Shown here: positions 60,668 through 64,000 of the stretch, in pieces
Layout of the letters: each line of letters starts with the position of its first letter
Position numbering within the stretch: the first letter of the stretch is position 1
Source: Dehalococcoidia bacterium
GTDB taxonomy: Bacteria > Chloroflexota > Dehalococcoidia > UBA2979
NCBI GenBank assembly: GCA_965262725.1
Contig: OZ253555.1
Span: forward strand, 160,001-224,000
Direction of reading: 5' to 3'
DNA: 64,000 nucleotides
The notes under the pieces: model-generated
The model's database searches: none
Told to the model about the DNA's origin: nothing
What the model saw: only the letters and a program-made list of their open reading frames with translations
Made by a program: the position numbers and the translations under genes

Positions 60668-60972
60668 TCCCGCTCGAGAACTTCCTTCTGCTCTCGGCGG
60701 CGCTCTTCGCCATCGGCTTCTACGGCGTGCTGGCGCGCCGCAGCGCGATCCTGATCCTGATGTCGGTGGAGCTCATGCTGGCGGCGGTCTCGATCAATCT
60801 CGTCGCCTTCGCGGCGTACTTGGACGCCGACGGCCTCACCGGCCAGATCTTCGCGATCTTCGTGATCACCGTCGCCGCGGCGGAGGTCGGGCTCGCGCTC
60901 GGCATCGTGCTGAGGCTCTACCGGGAGCGACGCACGGCGAACGTGGACGCCGCAGACGAGTTGAAGTGGTAG
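60664..60972 (+). CDS. nuoK: NADH-quinone oxidoreductase subunit K
   Basis: LMSVELML and VAAAEVGLAL motifs. Confidence 0.95.
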   Translation: MIPLENFLLLSAALFAIGFYGVLARRSAILILMSVELMLAAVSINLVAFAAYLDADGLTGQIFAIFVITVAAAEVGLALGIVLRLYRERRTANVDAADELKW

Positions 60973-61049
60973 CGCTGAAGCGCTAGGGGCGGCGCCGCCG
61001 GGTCGCCCGTGGGGGACCCGGCACGGCGGCGGCCGGGGAGGGAGCCGCA

Positions 61050-62954
61050 GTGGGCATGGAGCAGGCGTGGCTGTTGCCCGCCATCCCGGCCGCGCTCTTC
61101 GTCGTCGTGGCGCTCTTCGGCCGCGTGATCCCCCGGCAGGGTGACTGGCTGATCATCCTCGGCATGGTCGCCGCGCTCGTGGTCGGCGGCGCGATCATCC
61201 TCGACTTCCAGCAGTTCTTCGAAGGCGGCGTCTTCGTGCCCGGCGGGGAGAATCAGTACGGCTTCGCGTGGGCCGCCATAGCCGACGTGCTCGCCATCGA
61301 CTTCTCGACGCACGTGGACGCGATCACGGTGGTCATGATCACGGTCGTCACCATCGTCGCGTTGATGGTGATGGTCTACTCGGTGGGCTACATGCGCGGC
61401 GAGGCGCGCTACGGCTGGTATTTCGCCCTGCTCTCCTTCTTCACCGCGGCGATGCTGCTCCTGGTCGTCTCCGGGAACCTGCTGCTGCTCTACCTCGCCT
61501 GGGAGGGCGTCGGCCTCGCCTCCTACCTTCTCATCGGCTTCTACTGGGAGCGCCAGAGCGCGGCGGAGGCGGCGAAGAAGGCCTTCATCACCACGCGCAT
61601 CGGCGATGTCGGGCTCCTGATCGGCATCATCCTGCTGTGGCGGGCCTCCGGAACCTTCGACATTCAGGAGATCATCGCGCTCGCGCAGTCCGGCGGCTTC
61701 GACGAGACCTATCTCACCATCGCGATGCTCTTCCTCTTCGCCGGGGCCGCCGGCAAGTCGGCGCAGTTCCCGCTCCACGTCTGGCTGCCGGACGCGATGG
61801 AGGGCCCGACGCCGGTCTCCGCCCTGATCCACGCCGCGACGATGGTGGTCGCCGGCGTCTACCTCGTGGCGCGGATGCTGCCGGTCTTCGACACGGTGCT
61901 CGTGGCGCGCGACGTGGTGCTCTACGTCGGTCTGGTGACGGCGCTGATGGCGGCGACGATGGCACTGGTCGCGAGCGACATCAAGCGCGTCCTCGCCTAC
62001 TCCACCGTCTCACAGCTCGGCTTCATGTTCGTCGCGCTGGGCGCCGGCTCGGTGACGGCGGCGATGTTCCATCTCTTCACGCACGCCTTCTTCAAGTCGC
62101 TGCTCTTCCTCGGCTCCGGGTCGGTCATCCACGCGACGGGGCGGCAGGAGGTGGAGTACCTGGGCGGGCTCTTCCGGAAGATGCGCCTGACCGGTGCGAC
62201 CTTCCTCGTGGGCGGGCTCGCGCTCGCCGGCATCGTCCCGCTCGCCGGGTTCTGGTCGAAGGACGAGATCCTCTACGAGTCGCTCGCCCACGGCTCGACG
62301 GCCGTCTACCTGACGCTCGCGGCGACGGCCGCGCTGACGGCTCTCTACACGACGCGGCTCGTCGTGCTCACCTTCTTCGGGCAGCCGCGCGACGCCGACG
62401 CCTACGGACACGCGCACGAGTCGCCGCGGATCATGACCGCACCGCTGGTGGTGCTGGCGGTGCTCGCGGGCATCTCCGGCTTCGTCGCCTTCGACGGTGT
62501 CGGCGAAGTGCTCGGCTTCGCCGGCGGCATCGGGCACCTCGTCTTCATCGACACGGGGCACGCTTTTGAGTTCCACCCCGATATCGCCGCGACGGCCACG
62601 GTGTCGGCGCTCCTCGCCATCGCCGTCGGCCTCATCTACTGGTGGGCGTCGGCCGAGCGCGCGGAGCGGGCGCGTGCGTGGGCTCCAGAGATCCACCGCC
62701 TGCTCGTGAACCGCTACTACGTCGACGAGCTCTACCAGGGGGCGATCGACCGCGTCGTTCTCGGGGCCGGGAGCGTCGTCTCGTGGTTCGACGACCGCGT
62801 CGTCAATCGCACGGGCGTCGACGGCGGTGCCCAGGGCATCGGGTACGCCGGCCTCCGCCTGAAGTTCCTGCAGACCGGCCGCATCCCGAACTACGCCTTC
62901 GCCATGGCGGTGGGAATCATCACTCTCGCGCTGGTCGCATTCGGGACGAGTTAG
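61050..62954 (+). CDS. nuoL: NADH-quinone oxidoreductase subunit L
   Basis: KSAQFPLHVWLPDAMEGPTPVSALIHAATMV and HAFFKSLLFL. Confidence 0.96.
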   Translation: MGMEQAWLLPAIPAALFVVVALFGRVIPRQGDWLIILGMVAALVVGGAIILDFQQFFEGGVFVPGGENQYGFAWAAIADVLAIDFSTHVDAITVVMITVVTIVALMVMVYSVGYMRGEARYGWYFALLSFFTAAMLLLVVSGNLLLLYLAWEGVGLASYLLIGFYWERQSAAEAAKKAFITTRIGDVGLLIGIILLWRASGTFDIQEIIALAQSGGFDETYLTIAMLFLFAGAAGKSAQFPLHVWLPDAMEGPTPVSALIHAATMVVAGVYLVARMLPVFDTVLVARDVVLYVGLVTALMAATMALVASDIKRVLAYSTVSQLGFMFVALGAGSVTAAMFHLFTHAFFKSLLFLGSGSVIHATGRQEVEYLGGLFRKMRLTGATFLVGGLALAGIVPLAGFWSKDEILYESLAHGSTAVYLTLAATAALTALYTTRLVVLTFFGQPRDADAYGHAHESPRIMTAPLVVLAVLAGISGFVAFDGVGEVLGFAGGIGHLVFIDTGHAFEFHPDIAATATVSALLAIAVGLIYWWASAERAERARAWAPEIHRLLVNRYYVDELYQGAIDRVVLGAGSVVSWFDDRVVNRTGVDGGAQGIGYAGLRLKFLQTGRIPNYAFAMAVGIITLALVAFGTS

Positions 62955-63004
62955 CGCGCCGGGAGGGCGCGAGAGACGAAATCGATCGCAGGACGTGAGG
63001 TGCG

Positions 63005-64000
63005 ATGACTGAGAACGACGGGCTGCTCCTGCTGGCGCTGCTGCTGCTGCCGCTCGGGAGCGCGCTGCTGCTGATGGTGGTGCCCTCGCGCGAGCGCTCG
63101 GCGATCATCGGCCTCACCGCCGCCTCGAGCCTGGCGATGTTCCTTCTCTCCGTCTACGTCTTCCTCTCCTACGACTACGGGGATCCGGCGCAGTTCCAGG
63201 GCGTCCGCGCGTGGACTTGGATGGAGAACGTCGGGATCCTCGGCGAGAAGGGGATCCAGCTCAAGGTCGGCGTCGACGGCATCGCCGCCGCGATGGTCCT
63301 GCTGACGGGCATCATCACCATGGCCGGGACCTGGGTCTCGTGGAAGATCCAGCACCGCACGAAGGACTTCTTCATCCTGCTGTACATCCTGGCAGCGGGT
63401 GTCTTCGGCACCTTCGTGATGCTCGACCTCTTCTTCTGGTTCCTCCTCTACGAGACGGCCGTGCTGCCGATGTACCTGCTCATCGCCGTGTGGGGCTCCA
63501 CCCGCAAGGAGTACGGCGCGATGAAGCTGATGATGATGCTCGTGGGGGCGTCGATCCTCATCTTCGCCGCCATCTTCGCCATCTACTCCGAGGCCGGTCT
63601 CGGCACGTTCGACCTCGAGGCGCTCTTCGGGGCCGACTACCCGGTGGGTTTCCAGAAGCTCTTCTTCCCGTTGATCGCTATCGGCTGCGGCACCCTGGGC
63701 GGGCTCTTCCCGTTCCACTCGTGGTCTCCGGACGGGCACGCGGCCGCTCCCACGGCCGTCTCGATGCTGCACGCCGGCGTGCTGATGAAGCTCGGGGCCT
63801 TCGGCATCATCCGGCTCGGCTTCCAGATCCTCCCGGAGGGAGCCGAATTCTGGGCACCGGGCCTGCTCACGCTCGGCATCGTTGCGGCGCTCTACGGCGC
63901 CATCTCGGCGATGCGCCAGACCGACCTGAAGCTCATGACGGGCTTCTCGTCCGTCTCGCACATGGGCTACGTCTTCGTCGGACTGGGGACCTTCAACGCG
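63005..64000 (+). CDS. nuoM: NADH-quinone oxidoreductase subunit M (partial, runs off window)
   Basis: Translated by eye from ATG 63005: GVDGI, PFHSWSPDGHAAAPTAVSMLHAGVLMKLG, DLK..FSSVSHMG. Confidence 0.92.
   Translation, partial: MTENDGLLLLALLLLPLGSALLLMVVPSRERSAIIGLTAASSLAMFLLSVYVFLSYDYGDPAQFQGVRAWTWMENVGILGEKGIQLKVGVDGIAAAMVLLTGIITMAGTWVSWKIQHRTKDFFILLYILAAGVFGTFVMLDLFFWFLLYETAVLPMYLLIAVWGSTRKEYGAMKLMMMLVGASILIFAAIFAIYSEAGLGTFDLEALFGADYPVGFQKLFFPLIAIGCGTLGGLFPFHSWSPDGHAAAPTAVSMLHAGVLMKLGAFGIIRLGFQILPEGAEFWAPGLLTLGIVAALYGAISAMRQTDLKLMTGFSSVSHMGYVFVGLGTFNA

Overview
Very GC-rich bacterial DNA. Gene content and style suggest Chloroflexota, probably Dehalococcoidia-like (inference). Most of the window is housekeeping: rnhA, gyrA, thiL-tsaE-tsaB-ndk, rsfS, mnmA, htpX, ruvB, secA, prs, bioY, valS, tRNA-Pro and two tRNA-Ser. 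It ends in a complex I operon lacking nuoEFG (nuoABCD-HIJKLM, running off the window). Accessory parts are: (1) an amide-use cluster next to an orphan 3' half of tRNA-Gly; (2) a secreted four-repeat protein; (3) a cell-envelope module of class F sortase, truncated response regulator, BldN-like ECF sigma factor, Pro/Thr-stalked anti-sigma candidate and subtilase; (4) an IS630 and an IS5 element stacked at one CTAG site; (5) a dnaJ-hspR-clpC operon with a HAIR-like operator, followed by dsbA-VKOR. Several genes look leaderless and one appears to start at CTG. No CRISPR, rRNA or prophage was seen. All calls come from motif reading by eye; no searches were run.
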